From assembly GCA_964550715.1 (NCBI GenBank), contig CAZKAH010000007.1:13456-77455 (forward strand): DNA of 64,000 nt, in the 5' to 3' direction. Shown here piece by piece: positions 1 through 9,023 of the stretch. The position numbers and the translations under genes are program-made. The stretch's first letter is position 1. The number at the start of each line of letters is the position of its first letter. The notes beneath the pieces are model-generated. The model searched no databases. It had not been told where the DNA came from and worked only from the letters and a program-made list of their open reading frames with translations. Source of the DNA: an uncultured Opitutaceae bacterium. Lineage in GTDB: Bacteria > Verrucomicrobiota > Verrucomicrobiia > Opitutales > Opitutaceae.

Positions 1-477
1 CCACTGGGTGAGCTGGGTCAGGTCCCAGGCCGTGAAGTGCGCCCAGTCCCGGCCCACCATCGGCGCGGCGAGGAGGAAGCCCAGGGCGATCAGCTGCGTC
101 ACGGTCTTGGACTTGCCGCCGCCATCGGCGGCCACGACCACGCCCTTCGTCGCCGCCACCATCCGCATGCCGGTGATCAGGAATTCGCGCACGAGGGTGA
201 TCAGCGCCAGGCCCACCCAGATCTGCCCGTGGTCCACGAGGACGATGATGAGGCCGAGCACCATGATCTTGTCCGTCAGGGCGTCCATCAGCTTCCCGAA
301 CGAGGAGATCTGGCCCCGGGAGCGCGCGAGGTAGCCGTCGAGCCAGTCGCCGATCGCCGCCGCGATGAACAGCCAGAAGGCGAGCGAGGCCGCGCCCAGC
401 CAGCCCTCATAGGAAAGCCAGGCGATGACGAACATCAGCGGGATCCGGGAAAGCGTGATCGCGTTGGGGAGGCTCAC
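1..477 (-). CDS. pgsA: CDP-diacylglycerol--glycerol-3-phosphate 3-phosphatidyltransferase (CDP-alcohol phosphatidyltransferase family); C-terminus runs off the window start
   Basis: Hand translation of minus strand from GTG at 477: VSLPNAITLSRIPLMFVIAWL...; carries the CDP-alcohol transferase motif DWLDGYLARSRGQISSFGKLMDALTDK; open in frame to base 1; absent from ORF track because no stop lies in the window. Confidence 0.8.
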   Translation of the reverse strand, partial: MSLPNAITLSRIPLMFVIAWLSYEGWLGAASLAFWLFIAAAIGDWLDGYLARSRGQISSFGKLMDALTDKIMVLGLIIVLVDHGQIWVGLALITLVREFLITGMRMVAATKGVVVAADGGGKSKTVTQLIALGFLLAAPMVGRDWAHFTAWDLTQLTQW

Positions 478-647
478 GGGAAGGGCGGAGGTCGAAAAGC
501 GGAAAGCGAAGGGCCGGAAGGTCAATCAAATGCAAAGACGATCGACATGCAAAGTTAAAGGCCATTCCCACCGTATTTTCCTCGTTTTCAGCCTCCGGTT
601 GCGGTTAGTTTTTTCCTCCGCTTTTTGCCTTCCGCCATTTCTTCCCC

Positions 648-1133
648 ATGCGCCACTGCATCTATCCCGGCACCTTCGATCCCATCACCTACGGGCATCT
701 CGACGTCCTGGCGCGGGCCTCGCGGCTCTTCGACAAGGTCACCGTCGCGGTCGCGGAGAACGCCGGCAAGGAGCCGCTCTTCAGCGCCGAGCAGCGGATG
801 GCGATGCTGCGGCCCAACCTCGCCGCCTTTCCCCACATCGAGCTCACCACGTTCGGGGGGCTCCTGGTGGATTTCGCCCGGGCGCAGCAGGCGGATGCGA
901 TCATCCGCGGCCTGCGGGCCCTTTCCGACTTCGAGTTCGAGTTCAACATGGCGCTGATGAACCGGCACCTCCAGCCGGACCTGGAGACGATCTTCGTCAT
1001 GCCGAACGAGCAGTTCAGCTACACGAGCTCAACCCTGGTGAAGCAGGTCGCCAGATTCGGGGGGGACGTGGGCCATTTCGTGCCGCCCAACGTCGCTGCG
1101 GAGCTGAAGCGCGCCTACTCCGCCCGGCATTGA
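648..1133 (+). CDS. coaD: phosphopantetheine adenylyltransferase
   Basis: 161-aa ORF; nucleotidyltransferase signature CIYPGTFDPITYGHLDV and PPAT-like length and sequence throughout. Confidence 0.95.
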   Translation: MRHCIYPGTFDPITYGHLDVLARASRLFDKVTVAVAENAGKEPLFSAEQRMAMLRPNLAAFPHIELTTFGGLLVDFARAQQADAIIRGLRALSDFEFEFNMALMNRHLQPDLETIFVMPNEQFSYTSSTLVKQVARFGGDVGHFVPPNVAAELKRAYSARH

Positions 1134-1218
1134 TTTCCGCAACCTTTGCCCGCTGGGTGCGTCTAGGCAGCGCACAGACTGCATTTTCCGAATCCCCTCT
1201 CCTGCAACTCCGATCGTA

Positions 1219-2661
1219 ATGGCTAAATCCAAGAGCTACACCGGCCTCATCGTCGCAATTGTCCTCATCGGCGCCGGCGGCGGCGGGGTCTATTACTGGC
1301 AGGCCCACAAGGAGAAGGGCCCCGAGTTCTACACGGCCAATGTCACCCGGGGCGAGCTCATCCAGACCGTCACCGCTTCCGGGACCATCAAGCCCCTGGT
1401 CGACGTCCTCGTCAGCAGCCAGATCTCCGGGTACATCACCTCCTGGAAGACCGATTTCAACGCCAAGGTGAAGAAAGGCGACCTCCTGGCCACGCTCCTG
1501 CCGACCACCTACCAGGCGGCGGTCAAGTCCGCCGAGGGGGACTTGGCCAACGCCAAGGCCAATCTCGACCTCCAGACCGTGACCCTCAACCGGGACAGGG
1601 AGCTGCTGGCCAAGAGCCTGGTCTCGCAATCCGACTACGACACGCAGAATGCCCTCGTCGAGGAGGCCACCGCGCAGGTTCAGATCAAGTCGGCGACCCT
1701 CGATACCGCCCGCACCAATCTTTCCTACTGCGAGATCAAGGCGCCGATGGACGGCATCATCATCTCGCGCAACATCGACGTCGGTAATTCGGTGGCGGCC
1801 ACCCTCAGTTCCCCAACGCTATTCGAGCTCGGGAACGACCTGACCCAGATGCAGATCGACACTGCCGTCGCCGAGGCTGACGTCGGGAACGTCGAGGTGG
1901 GCCAGGACGTCAATTTTACGGTCGACGCCTATCCGAACCGGCAGTTCAAGGGCACCGTCTACCAGGTGCGCAACGCCCCGCAGACCCAGCAGAACGTCGT
2001 GATCTATGACGTGATGATCAAGGTCGACAATGCCGAGCTCAAGTTGAAGCCCGGCATGACCGCGAACGCTTCCATCGTCATTACCCGGCACGCGAATGTC
2101 CTGCGGCTGGCCAACAGCGCGCTGCGCTTCCGGATGCCCGACGAGATCAAGGTCACCCCGGTGGCGGCGGAGCCGGTGTCCGGCGGCGAGAAGCCGGCCG
2201 AGGCCCCCGCGGCGGCCAAGCAGTTGAGCCCGGATGAGCGCCGCGCGGCCATGCGCGAGATCATGCAGGGCGCGGGCTATTCCTTCGGCAGCGGCCCCGC
2301 GACGCCCGAGCAGGTGGCAAAGATGCAGGAGCTGGCCAAGGCCAAGGGGATCGAGCTGCCCGAGCGGATGCTGGCCGGCGGCGGCCGCGGCGCGCGCGCG
2401 GGCGGTGGCGATGCTCCGATCTTCCGCTACGTCTACCGGCTGCCCGGGGGAAAAGTGGCTGGAGTGCAGCCCGAGATGCTCCACGTGCGGATCGGCGTCA
2501 CCGACGGGGCCAACACCGAGATTCTCAGCGACAGCTTGAAGGAGGGCGATGTCATTGTGACCGGCGTGAACCAGCCCTCCGCGCCTGGCGGGAGCGGCGG
2601 CGGCAATCCCTTTGGCGGCGGCGGCGGCGGCGGCGGCCCGGGCCGCCGGTTCGGCGGCTAA
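1219..2661 (+). CDS. efflux transporter periplasmic adaptor (HlyD/MacA membrane-fusion family)
   Basis: N-terminal membrane anchor (LIVAIVLIGAGGGGVYYW), coiled-coil hairpin, lipoyl-like CEIKAPMDGIIISRNIDVGN; directly upstream of ABC ATPase and FtsX-type permease; atypical ~90-aa insert and poly-Gly C-terminus. Confidence 0.85.
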   Translation: MAKSKSYTGLIVAIVLIGAGGGGVYYWQAHKEKGPEFYTANVTRGELIQTVTASGTIKPLVDVLVSSQISGYITSWKTDFNAKVKKGDLLATLLPTTYQAAVKSAEGDLANAKANLDLQTVTLNRDRELLAKSLVSQSDYDTQNALVEEATAQVQIKSATLDTARTNLSYCEIKAPMDGIIISRNIDVGNSVAATLSSPTLFELGNDLTQMQIDTAVAEADVGNVEVGQDVNFTVDAYPNRQFKGTVYQVRNAPQTQQNVVIYDVMIKVDNAELKLKPGMTANASIVITRHANVLRLANSALRFRMPDEIKVTPVAAEPVSGGEKPAEAPAAAKQLSPDERRAAMREIMQGAGYSFGSGPATPEQVAKMQELAKAKGIELPERMLAGGGRGARAGGGDAPIFRYVYRLPGGKVAGVQPEMLHVRIGVTDGANTEILSDSLKEGDVIVTGVNQPSAPGGSGGGNPFGGGGGGGGPGRRFGG

Positions 2662-2701
2662 CCGTCTCCGGCTTCCCTCCCTCCGTCTCCCTCGCCGACC
2701 C

Positions 2702-3463
2702 ATGAACGCCGTCGTCAAGCTCGAGAACATCCACAAGGTCTACGACTCCGGGGAGGTGAAGGTGCACGCCGTCCGCGGCGTCTCCATCGATATCCAGAAG
2801 GGCGAATTCGTCGCGCTGATGGGCGCCAGCGGCTCGGGCAAGTCGACCCTGATGAATCTGCTCGGCTGCCTCGACCGGCCGACGGAGGGGCGCTACCTCC
2901 TCGATGGCACGGACGTCTCCCAGCTCGACCGCAACGAGCTGGCGGACATCCGGAACAGGAAACTGGGGTTCGTCTTCCAGGGCTTCAATCTCCTGTCCCG
3001 CACGACCGCCCTGGAAAACGTGGAGCTGCCCATGTTCTACGGCCAGCGGCGGATCCCCGCGAGCGAGATGAAGGCGCGGGCGATGCACTGCCTGGACATC
3101 GTCGGCCTCGCCAACCGTGCCGATCATTTTCCCAGTCAGCTCTCCGGCGGCCAGCAGCAGCGCGCCGCCATCGCCCGCGGCCTGGTCAACCAGCCGCAGG
3201 TCCTGCTGGCCGACGAGCCGACGGGCAACCTCGACAGCAAGACCTCGATCGAGGTGATGGGCGTCTTCCAAAAACTCAATGACGAGGGGATCACGATCCT
3301 GATGGTCACGCACGAGCTCGACGTCGCCCACTACTGCAAGCGGAACCTCATCCTCCGCGACGGCCAGCTGGTCAATGACGTCTTCATCAAGGACCGCATG
3401 ATCGCGGCGGACGAGCTGCGCAAGCTGCGGGAGGCCGAGGCCGCGGTTAAGCTGACGGCCTGA
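2702..3463 (+). CDS. ABC transporter ATP-binding protein (MacB/LolD type)
   Basis: Walker A GASGSGKST, signature LSGGQQQRAAIARG, Walker B LLADEPTGNLD; start placed at ATG 2702 (MNAVVKLENIHKVY) inside track ORF 2612..3463. Confidence 0.9.
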   Translation: MNAVVKLENIHKVYDSGEVKVHAVRGVSIDIQKGEFVALMGASGSGKSTLMNLLGCLDRPTEGRYLLDGTDVSQLDRNELADIRNRKLGFVFQGFNLLSRTTALENVELPMFYGQRRIPASEMKARAMHCLDIVGLANRADHFPSQLSGGQQQRAAIARGLVNQPQVLLADEPTGNLDSKTSIEVMGVFQKLNDEGITILMVTHELDVAHYCKRNLILRDGQLVNDVFIKDRMIAADELRKLREAEAAVKLTA

Positions 3464-3472
3464 AGGCGCCCC

Positions 3473-4690
3473 ATGCGATTTTTCTCCACCATCTTCGTCG
3501 CGTTCCGGGCTCTCCGCCGGAACAAGATGCGGTCGATCCTGACCGCGCTCGGGATTATCATCGGCGTCGGCGCGGTCATCACCATGGTCAGCATCGGCGA
3601 CGGGGCCGAGTCCCAGGTCGAGGCCCAGATCGCCAGCCTGGGTCAGAATATCATCCTCATCTTCGCGGGCAGCGCCACGACCGGCGGCATGCGCAGCGGC
3701 TACGGCGGCGCGGGCTCGCTCACGCTGGACGATGCGGCTGCGATCAAGGCGGAGGTGCGCAACGTCGCGGGGGTTAGCCCCGAGGTGCGGGGGCAGGCCC
3801 AGGTGCTGGCCAACGGCCTGAACTGGCAGACGCGCATCATGGGCGAGAGCGAGGACTATCTCGCGATGCGCCAGTGGCCGCTGGCCGACGGCAGCAATTT
3901 CAGCGACCAGGACATCCGCGGCGACGGCAAGGTCTGCATCGTGGGCACGACGATTGTGACCAACCTCTTCCCCGACGGGGACCCCGTCGGCAAGACCCTC
4001 CGGATCCGCAACCTGCCCTTCAAGATCGAGGGCGTCCTCGCTTCGAAGGGCTTTTCGCTCCAGGGCACCGACCAGGACGACATCATCCTGATCCCCTACA
4101 GCAGCGCGATGAAGCGCTTCTCGCGCCAGTCCTTCCTCGGCACGATCAACGTCCAGGCGGAGGACGCCGAGCACATGCCGCAGATCGAGCAGGACATCGC
4201 CAACCTCCTGCGGGACCGCCACCACATTGTCTCCGGCCGCGACGACGATTTCCGGGTGCAGGACCAGCAGGAGATCGCCCAGGCCGCCACGGAAACGACC
4301 CGCACCATGACCTTCCTCCTCGGCGCGATTGCCGGGGTTTCGCTCCTGGTCGGCGGCATCGGGATCATGAACATCATGCTCGTCTCGGTTACCGAGCGGA
4401 CCCGCGAGATCGGCATCCGCATGGCGGTGGGCGCGCATGGCAGCGACATCCGCCTGCAGTTCCTGATCGAGGCGGTGGTCCTCAGCCTGATGGGCGGCAC
4501 GCTGGGCATCCTCCTCGGCATCGGCGGCTCGCAAGTGCTCTCTCACTTCAACCATTGGCCCGTGCTGATCTCGACGGTCGCCATCGTCACCGCCTTTGTC
4601 TTCAGCGGCGCAGTGGGCGTCTGCTTCGGGTACTACCCGGCGAGCAAGGCCGCGCAGCTTGATCCGATCGACGCCCTGCGCTACGAGTAG
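3473..4690 (+). CDS. ABC transporter permease (MacB periplasmic core + FtsX domain family)
   Basis: 405 aa; N-terminal TM, large periplasmic domain, three C-terminal TMs, family-typical ending FGYYPASKAAQLDPIDALRYE. Confidence 0.9.
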   Translation: MRFFSTIFVAFRALRRNKMRSILTALGIIIGVGAVITMVSIGDGAESQVEAQIASLGQNIILIFAGSATTGGMRSGYGGAGSLTLDDAAAIKAEVRNVAGVSPEVRGQAQVLANGLNWQTRIMGESEDYLAMRQWPLADGSNFSDQDIRGDGKVCIVGTTIVTNLFPDGDPVGKTLRIRNLPFKIEGVLASKGFSLQGTDQDDIILIPYSSAMKRFSRQSFLGTINVQAEDAEHMPQIEQDIANLLRDRHHIVSGRDDDFRVQDQQEIAQAATETTRTMTFLLGAIAGVSLLVGGIGIMNIMLVSVTERTREIGIRMAVGAHGSDIRLQFLIEAVVLSLMGGTLGILLGIGGSQVLSHFNHWPVLISTVAIVTAFVFSGAVGVCFGYYPASKAAQLDPIDALRYE

Positions 4691-4695
4691 GGCCC

Positions 4696-5355
4696 GTGGG
4701 CGCTCCCGTCCGTCTTTTCCTCCTTTTCGCGCTGGCCGGCGCCCTGCGGGCCGACCCGGCCCTCGACCGGGCCGTCGCGCTCTACGCCGCCCGCCAGTAT
4801 CCGGAGGCCCAGGCCGCCCTGCAGGGCATCGTCGCTGCCCGCCCCCGGGACGCGGCGGCCTGCTACTACCTGGGCATGACCCTGCGCCACCGGGGCGATG
4901 ACCGCGCGCGGGATGACGCGGCCGGCTGGCTGGCGAAGGCCGTGGCCCTGGCGCCCGCGAATTCCACCTACCTCGGCGACTACGGCGGCACCTGCCTCGA
5001 GCTCGCCGACCAGCACCATTCCTTCAGCTACGCCACCCGGGGGCGCGGCGCGATGGAGAAGGCGATCGCGCTCGATGCCGACAATCTCGAGGCCCGCCAG
5101 GGGCTGATGCAGTTCTACGCCCGCGCGCCCTGGCCGCTGGGGAGCGCCGAGCGCGCCCGGAGCCAGGCCGACGAGATCCTCCGGCGCGATCCCGCCCGCG
5201 GCCTGCGGGCCTTCCTCGTCCTCGGCCGGGCGCTGGAGAAGGCGGGGAACCGGGCCGGCGCCCGGGAGGCCTATGCCGTCGCCCTCCGCCTGGCCCCGGC
5301 CAACGGGGAGGCGGCGGCCGCCCTCGCCCGGCTGGCCCCGGTCCTCCGCCCATGA
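4696..5355 (+). CDS. secreted tetratricopeptide-repeat-like protein
   Basis: GTG start, signal-peptide-like N-terminus (VRLFLLFALAGALRA), Ala/Leu-rich TPR-like helices; 4-bp ATGA overlap with next gene. Confidence 0.6.
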   Translation: MGAPVRLFLLFALAGALRADPALDRAVALYAARQYPEAQAALQGIVAARPRDAAACYYLGMTLRHRGDDRARDDAAGWLAKAVALAPANSTYLGDYGGTCLELADQHHSFSYATRGRGAMEKAIALDADNLEARQGLMQFYARAPWPLGSAERARSQADEILRRDPARGLRAFLVLGRALEKAGNRAGAREAYAVALRLAPANGEAAAALARLAPVLRP

Positions 5356-6533
5356 AGCTCCCGCCGGCCCGCGAGCGTTTCCTGGATCTTCTGCGCGAGG
5401 CCGTGCAGGGGGGAACCCTCGCCAAGCTCACCCTCGGCAAGTACCGCGGAGCCGACCCGTCCCTCCGGAATCTCTTCGTCCGCCCGGTCGCGCTCCGCGC
5501 CGGGCCCCGCCTTTCCTTCGTCTGGCGCCATGGGACCCGCGACGTGACGAAGAACCACGCGCCGGCGGAGGCCCTGGCCGAGCTCGAGCCCCTCGTGGGC
5601 GGGGAATTCCTCCACGCCCACCTTTTTACGCCGGGCCGCTCGGCCCAGCTCGAATGCGAGCCGGACGGCTCGGCCCGGCTGCGCACGGGGCCGGGCGCGG
5701 CGCCCGACGCCGAGGAGGCGACCCCGGGCCACGATGAGGCCCGCCGGCACGTGATCCCCGCGGACGCCCCCTGGCTCCGCGCGCTCGGGGTCACGAATGA
5801 CCGGGGTCGCCCGCGCGAGGGGATGGCGCCGAAATATCGGCAGATCCAGAAGTTCTCGGAGCTGGTCACGCACCTTCTGCGCGAGGCGGAGATGGAGGCC
5901 GGGCCCCTGCGGGTCGTCGACATGGGCTGCGGCAAGGGCTACCTGACCTTCGCGGTGAGCGCCGTCCTCGGCGAGCGGGCCCAGGTGCGGGGCATCGAGG
6001 CCCGGCCCGAGCTGGTCGAATTCTGCAACTGGGTCGCCGCCGCGGAGGGCTTCGCCTCCCGCCTCGCCTTTGCGGCCGGGACGATCGCCGACGCGCCCCT
6101 GGAGCAGCCGGACCTCGTCATCGCCCTGCACGCCTGCGACACCGCCACCGACGATGCGCTGGCCCGGGGCCTCGCGGCCGGGGCCCGGCTCCTCCTCGTC
6201 TCGCCCTGCTGCCAGAAGGAGCTGCGACCCCAGCTGACCGCGCCGCCCGTCCTGGCCGACGCCCTCCGGCATGGGATCCTCCAGGAGCGCCAGGCCGAGT
6301 TCGTGACCGATGCCCTGCGGGCCCAGCTGCTCGAGTGGGCCGGCTACCGGACCCGCGTCTTCGAGTTCATCTCGACCGAGCACACGGCGAAAAATCTCAT
6401 GATCGCGGCGATCCGCTCGCATCCGCCCGGCGATCCCGCCCGGGCCGCCCGCCTGCGGGCCTTCGCCGGCTTTTACGGCATCCGCCACCAGGCCCTGGCC
6501 CGCCAATTGGGGTTTGATCTGGCGGCCGGATAG
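5352..6533 (+). CDS. class I SAM-dependent methyltransferase
   Basis: SAM motif I VVDMGCGKGYLT followed by DLVIALHACDTATD; 393 aa with an uncharacterised N-terminal domain. Confidence 0.75.
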   Translation: MKLPPARERFLDLLREAVQGGTLAKLTLGKYRGADPSLRNLFVRPVALRAGPRLSFVWRHGTRDVTKNHAPAEALAELEPLVGGEFLHAHLFTPGRSAQLECEPDGSARLRTGPGAAPDAEEATPGHDEARRHVIPADAPWLRALGVTNDRGRPREGMAPKYRQIQKFSELVTHLLREAEMEAGPLRVVDMGCGKGYLTFAVSAVLGERAQVRGIEARPELVEFCNWVAAAEGFASRLAFAAGTIADAPLEQPDLVIALHACDTATDDALARGLAAGARLLLVSPCCQKELRPQLTAPPVLADALRHGILQERQAEFVTDALRAQLLEWAGYRTRVFEFISTEHTAKNLMIAAIRSHPPGDPARAARLRAFAGFYGIRHQALARQLGFDLAAG

Positions 6534-6553
6534 CGCTTCTCTGTCCCTTCCCT

Positions 6554-6649
6554 ATGGGCCAACAACTCAACAAAGTCATCAAACGCAAACGCCGTGCCGC
6601 CTACCTGAAACGCAGGAAGACCCGGGACGCCGCCGCCAAGAAGAAGTGA
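6554..6649 (+). CDS. speculative 31-aa highly basic small ORF (MGQQLNKVIKRKRRAAYLKRRKTRDAAAKKK)
   Basis: Found by eye, below ORF-track cutoff; its TGA (6647-6649) overlaps the GTG (6646-6648) used as rimO start; no family recognised; A-ending Lys/Gln codons are atypical for this genome. Confidence 0.25.
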   Translation: MGQQLNKVIKRKRRAAYLKRRKTRDAAAKKK

Positions 6650-8070
6650 CGCCCCGCCCGGTCATCAAGGTCAGCCTGGTCTCCCTGGGCTGCGCCAAGA
6701 ACCTGGTGGACAGCGAGATCATGGTGGGGCACCTCCACCAGGCCGGCATGAAGGTCGTGCCGGACGCGGATCAGGCGGACGTCGTCATCGTCAACACCTG
6801 CTCCTTCATCGACTCGTCGAAGCAGGAGTCGATCAGCCACATTCTCGAGGCGCATGAGCAGCGCGGCCTGCGGAAGCGGCGGCGCGACCAGAAGCTGATC
6901 GTGGCCGGCTGCATGTCCCAGCGCTTCGCCAAGGATCTCCCGGGTGAGCTGCCCGAGGTCGACGCCTTCATCGGGCTGGACCAGATCACCAAGGTGGCCC
7001 CGATCATCGAGGGGATCTTCGCCCGGGAACGGGGCGCCGCCGCGGCCGCCAGTTTCGTCACTCCGCGCTCCACCTACATCCCGGACTACGACACCCCGCG
7101 GTTCCGGCTGACCCCGAGGCACTTTGCCTACGTCAAGATCGCCGAGGGCTGCAACCACCCGTGCACCTTCTGCATCATCCCGCAGATCCGCGGCCGGCAC
7201 CGCAGCCGGACGGTCGAGAGCGTGGCGGCGGAGGCCCGGCAGCTGGTCGCCGAGGGCGTCCGGGAGCTGAACCTCATCTCGCAGGACACCACCTTCTTCG
7301 GCATGGACACCTGGGACGAGCGCCCGAACCCGCGCACGCCCGTCGACTCCTCCCGGGGCACCGCCCTCACCACCCTTCTCCGCCAGCTCCAGCTCATCGA
7401 CGGGGAATTCTGGGTGCGGCTTCTCTACACCCACCCGGCGCATTGGAGCGACGAGCTGATCCGCACGATCGCCGAGTGCCCGAAGGTCGCCCGCTACGTT
7501 GACATGCCGCTGCAGCACATCAGCGACCGGATGCTGGCGGCCATGCAGCGGGAGACGAGCGGCGCGCACATCCGGGACCTGGTGCGGCGCATCCGCGCCG
7601 GCATTCCCGGGATCGCCCTGCGCACCACCTTCATCGTCGGGTTTCCCGGCGAGACCGAGGCCGATGTCGACGAGCTCTGCGCCTTCATCCGCGAGGCGAA
7701 GTTCGAGCGCCTGGGCGTCTTTCGCTACTCGCAGGAGGAGGGCACGCGGGCGGGCAAGATGGCCGACCAGGTTCCCGCCGCGGAAAAGGAACGCCGCTGG
7801 CACCGGGTCATGCGGCTCCAAAAGGAGATTGCCGCCGAGATCGGGCGGGGCGCGGTCGGCCGCGAGCTGACCGTCCTGGTCGAGGAGCCCGGGGTGGCCC
7901 GCGGCGAGGCCGACGCCCCCGACATCGACGGCCGGGTCTATGTGCCGCGGGAGCTGCCCGTCGGGGAATTTGCGCGGGTGAAGATCACCGGCTGCCACGA
8001 TTACGACCTGCTGGCGCTGCCGGCCGGCCAGGAGCCGTCGGAGTACAAACTGGCGAAGCAGGCCCAGTAA
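6646..8070 (+). CDS. rimO: ribosomal protein S12 methylthiotransferase (radical SAM MTTase)
   Basis: VTPRPVIKVSLVSLGCAKNLVDSE matches RimO N-termini; radical-SAM CNHPCTFCIIP; TRAM-like C-terminus; start trimmed to in-frame GTG 6646 within ORF 6514..8070. Confidence 0.92.
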   Translation: MTPRPVIKVSLVSLGCAKNLVDSEIMVGHLHQAGMKVVPDADQADVVIVNTCSFIDSSKQESISHILEAHEQRGLRKRRRDQKLIVAGCMSQRFAKDLPGELPEVDAFIGLDQITKVAPIIEGIFARERGAAAAASFVTPRSTYIPDYDTPRFRLTPRHFAYVKIAEGCNHPCTFCIIPQIRGRHRSRTVESVAAEARQLVAEGVRELNLISQDTTFFGMDTWDERPNPRTPVDSSRGTALTTLLRQLQLIDGEFWVRLLYTHPAHWSDELIRTIAECPKVARYVDMPLQHISDRMLAAMQRETSGAHIRDLVRRIRAGIPGIALRTTFIVGFPGETEADVDELCAFIREAKFERLGVFRYSQEEGTRAGKMADQVPAAEKERRWHRVMRLQKEIAAEIGRGAVGRELTVLVEEPGVARGEADAPDIDGRVYVPRELPVGEFARVKITGCHDYDLLALPAGQEPSEYKLAKQAQ

Positions 8071-8076
8071 GTCGGC

Positions 8077-8163
8077 GGTGAGGCGGATGGTCCCAAGCCG
8101 CCGGGTCGAGCCCCGGAAGCGACGGAGCGAACGGCGCGTTGAGGACGACGCGCCCCATCTCAC
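8077..8163. repeat. degenerate copy of a ~86-nt palindromic intergenic repeat (better copy at 18085-18170)
   Basis: About 75-80 percent identity by eye to 18085-18170, including an identical 16-mer GACGGAGCGAACGGCG (8121-8136 vs 18129-18144); lies between convergent rimO and gene 8163..9023. Confidence 0.6.
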
Positions 8164-9023
8164 TAAGGGGAGGAGGGCTTGACCGGCGCCGGCGCCGCGT
8201 CGGCCTTGGCATCATCCGCCGGAGGCGCGGGCTCGGGCGGCGGCTTGGCCGCCTCGACGGCCGCCTGCTTCGCGATTTCCGCGACCTGGCTCGAGGGCAG
8301 GACGACGGCACGGATGGCGCGCCCGCCGTTCATATGCTGCACGCAGATGCCCAGCACCGCCCCCCGCGCGTCGAAGACCGGGGTGCCCGGCGCCTCATTG
8401 GTGGCCAGGAAAAACGGCCGGGGCCGCTCGATGATGCCCTGGAGCGTGGTCGCATTCACGAGGGGCAGCCGCTGGAGGTCGCGCTGGGCCCGGAGCACGT
8501 CGAAATAGGTCCCGAGGACCTCCGCCTTGGCGGCGGCCTGCAGATCGACGGGGCTGAAGGCGTGCCCGGCTGCGGCGGCGGCGTCCGGAGCGATGAAGGC
8601 GAGGTCGGTGTCCGCGTCCTTCAGAACGACGCGGGCTGGAATCTCTGTGCCGTCGGCCAGCCGCAGTTTCACCTCCTTGAATTCCGTGTCGGCGATCTGG
8701 ATGCCCCGCCCGGCGGCGCCCGGAGTGGCGCGCAGGCGGGCCAGCGTGGCCGCCCGCGGATCGATGGTGGAGAGCGAGGTGACCGTGAGCCCCGTGGCCG
8801 AGATCACCGTCCCGTTCTGCTCATCGCGCACCTCCTGCGGCGGCATCGTTCGGTCGCCGACCGTGATGTTCAGGGTGAGCACGAGGCTGACCGAGACGAT
8901 CGAGTCGGCATACCGCTTGACCAGTGCCCGGCCCGCGGCGGCCTCGCTGTCGGTCAGGGCGCGCAGCGGCGGGACACCGGCGGCCAGCGCGAGGGCGAGG
9001 CCAAGGGGAAGGAGACGCTTCAT
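8163..9023 (-). CDS. secreted trypsin-fold protein, apparently catalytically inactive HtrA-like paralogue
   Basis: Signal peptide MKRLLPLGLALALAAG; aligns to protease domain of upstream HtrA (DADTDLAFI ~ DALTDLAVL; GTPVFDARGAVLGI ~ GGPLVNAQGGIVGI) but His (TSLST vs TNCHV) and Ser (EAPGTP vs GNSGGP) contexts are replaced; ATGA overlap with upstream stop. Confidence 0.7.
   Translation of the reverse strand: MKRLLPLGLALALAAGVPPLRALTDSEAAAGRALVKRYADSIVSVSLVLTLNITVGDRTMPPQEVRDEQNGTVISATGLTVTSLSTIDPRAATLARLRATPGAAGRGIQIADTEFKEVKLRLADGTEIPARVVLKDADTDLAFIAPDAAAAAGHAFSPVDLQAAAKAEVLGTYFDVLRAQRDLQRLPLVNATTLQGIIERPRPFFLATNEAPGTPVFDARGAVLGICVQHMNGGRAIRAVVLPSSQVAEIAKQAAVEAAKPPPEPAPPADDAKADAAPAPVKPSSP

Noticed and set aside
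530-553. ATGCAAAG direct repeat (530-537 and 546-553) flanking a CGATCG palindrome in the pgsA/coaD spacer
   Set aside because: Eight bp is too short for significance without comparative data. This is probably just AT-richer promoter DNA.
2590-2640. Run of GGC triplets resembling a microsatellite
   Set aside because: It lies in frame inside the adaptor gene and encodes the poly-Gly tail. It is not an intergenic repeat or a CRISPR-like array. No CRISPR-like spaced repeats were seen anywhere in the window.
2552-4555. 667-aa minus-strand ORF spanning the ABC ATPase and permease genes
   Set aside because: It is antisense to two genes with unmistakable ABC and FtsX motifs. Its translation is Arg/Ala/Gly/Asp-rich low complexity with no recognisable domain. 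This is the typical shadow ORF of a high-G+C genome, where stop codons are rare.
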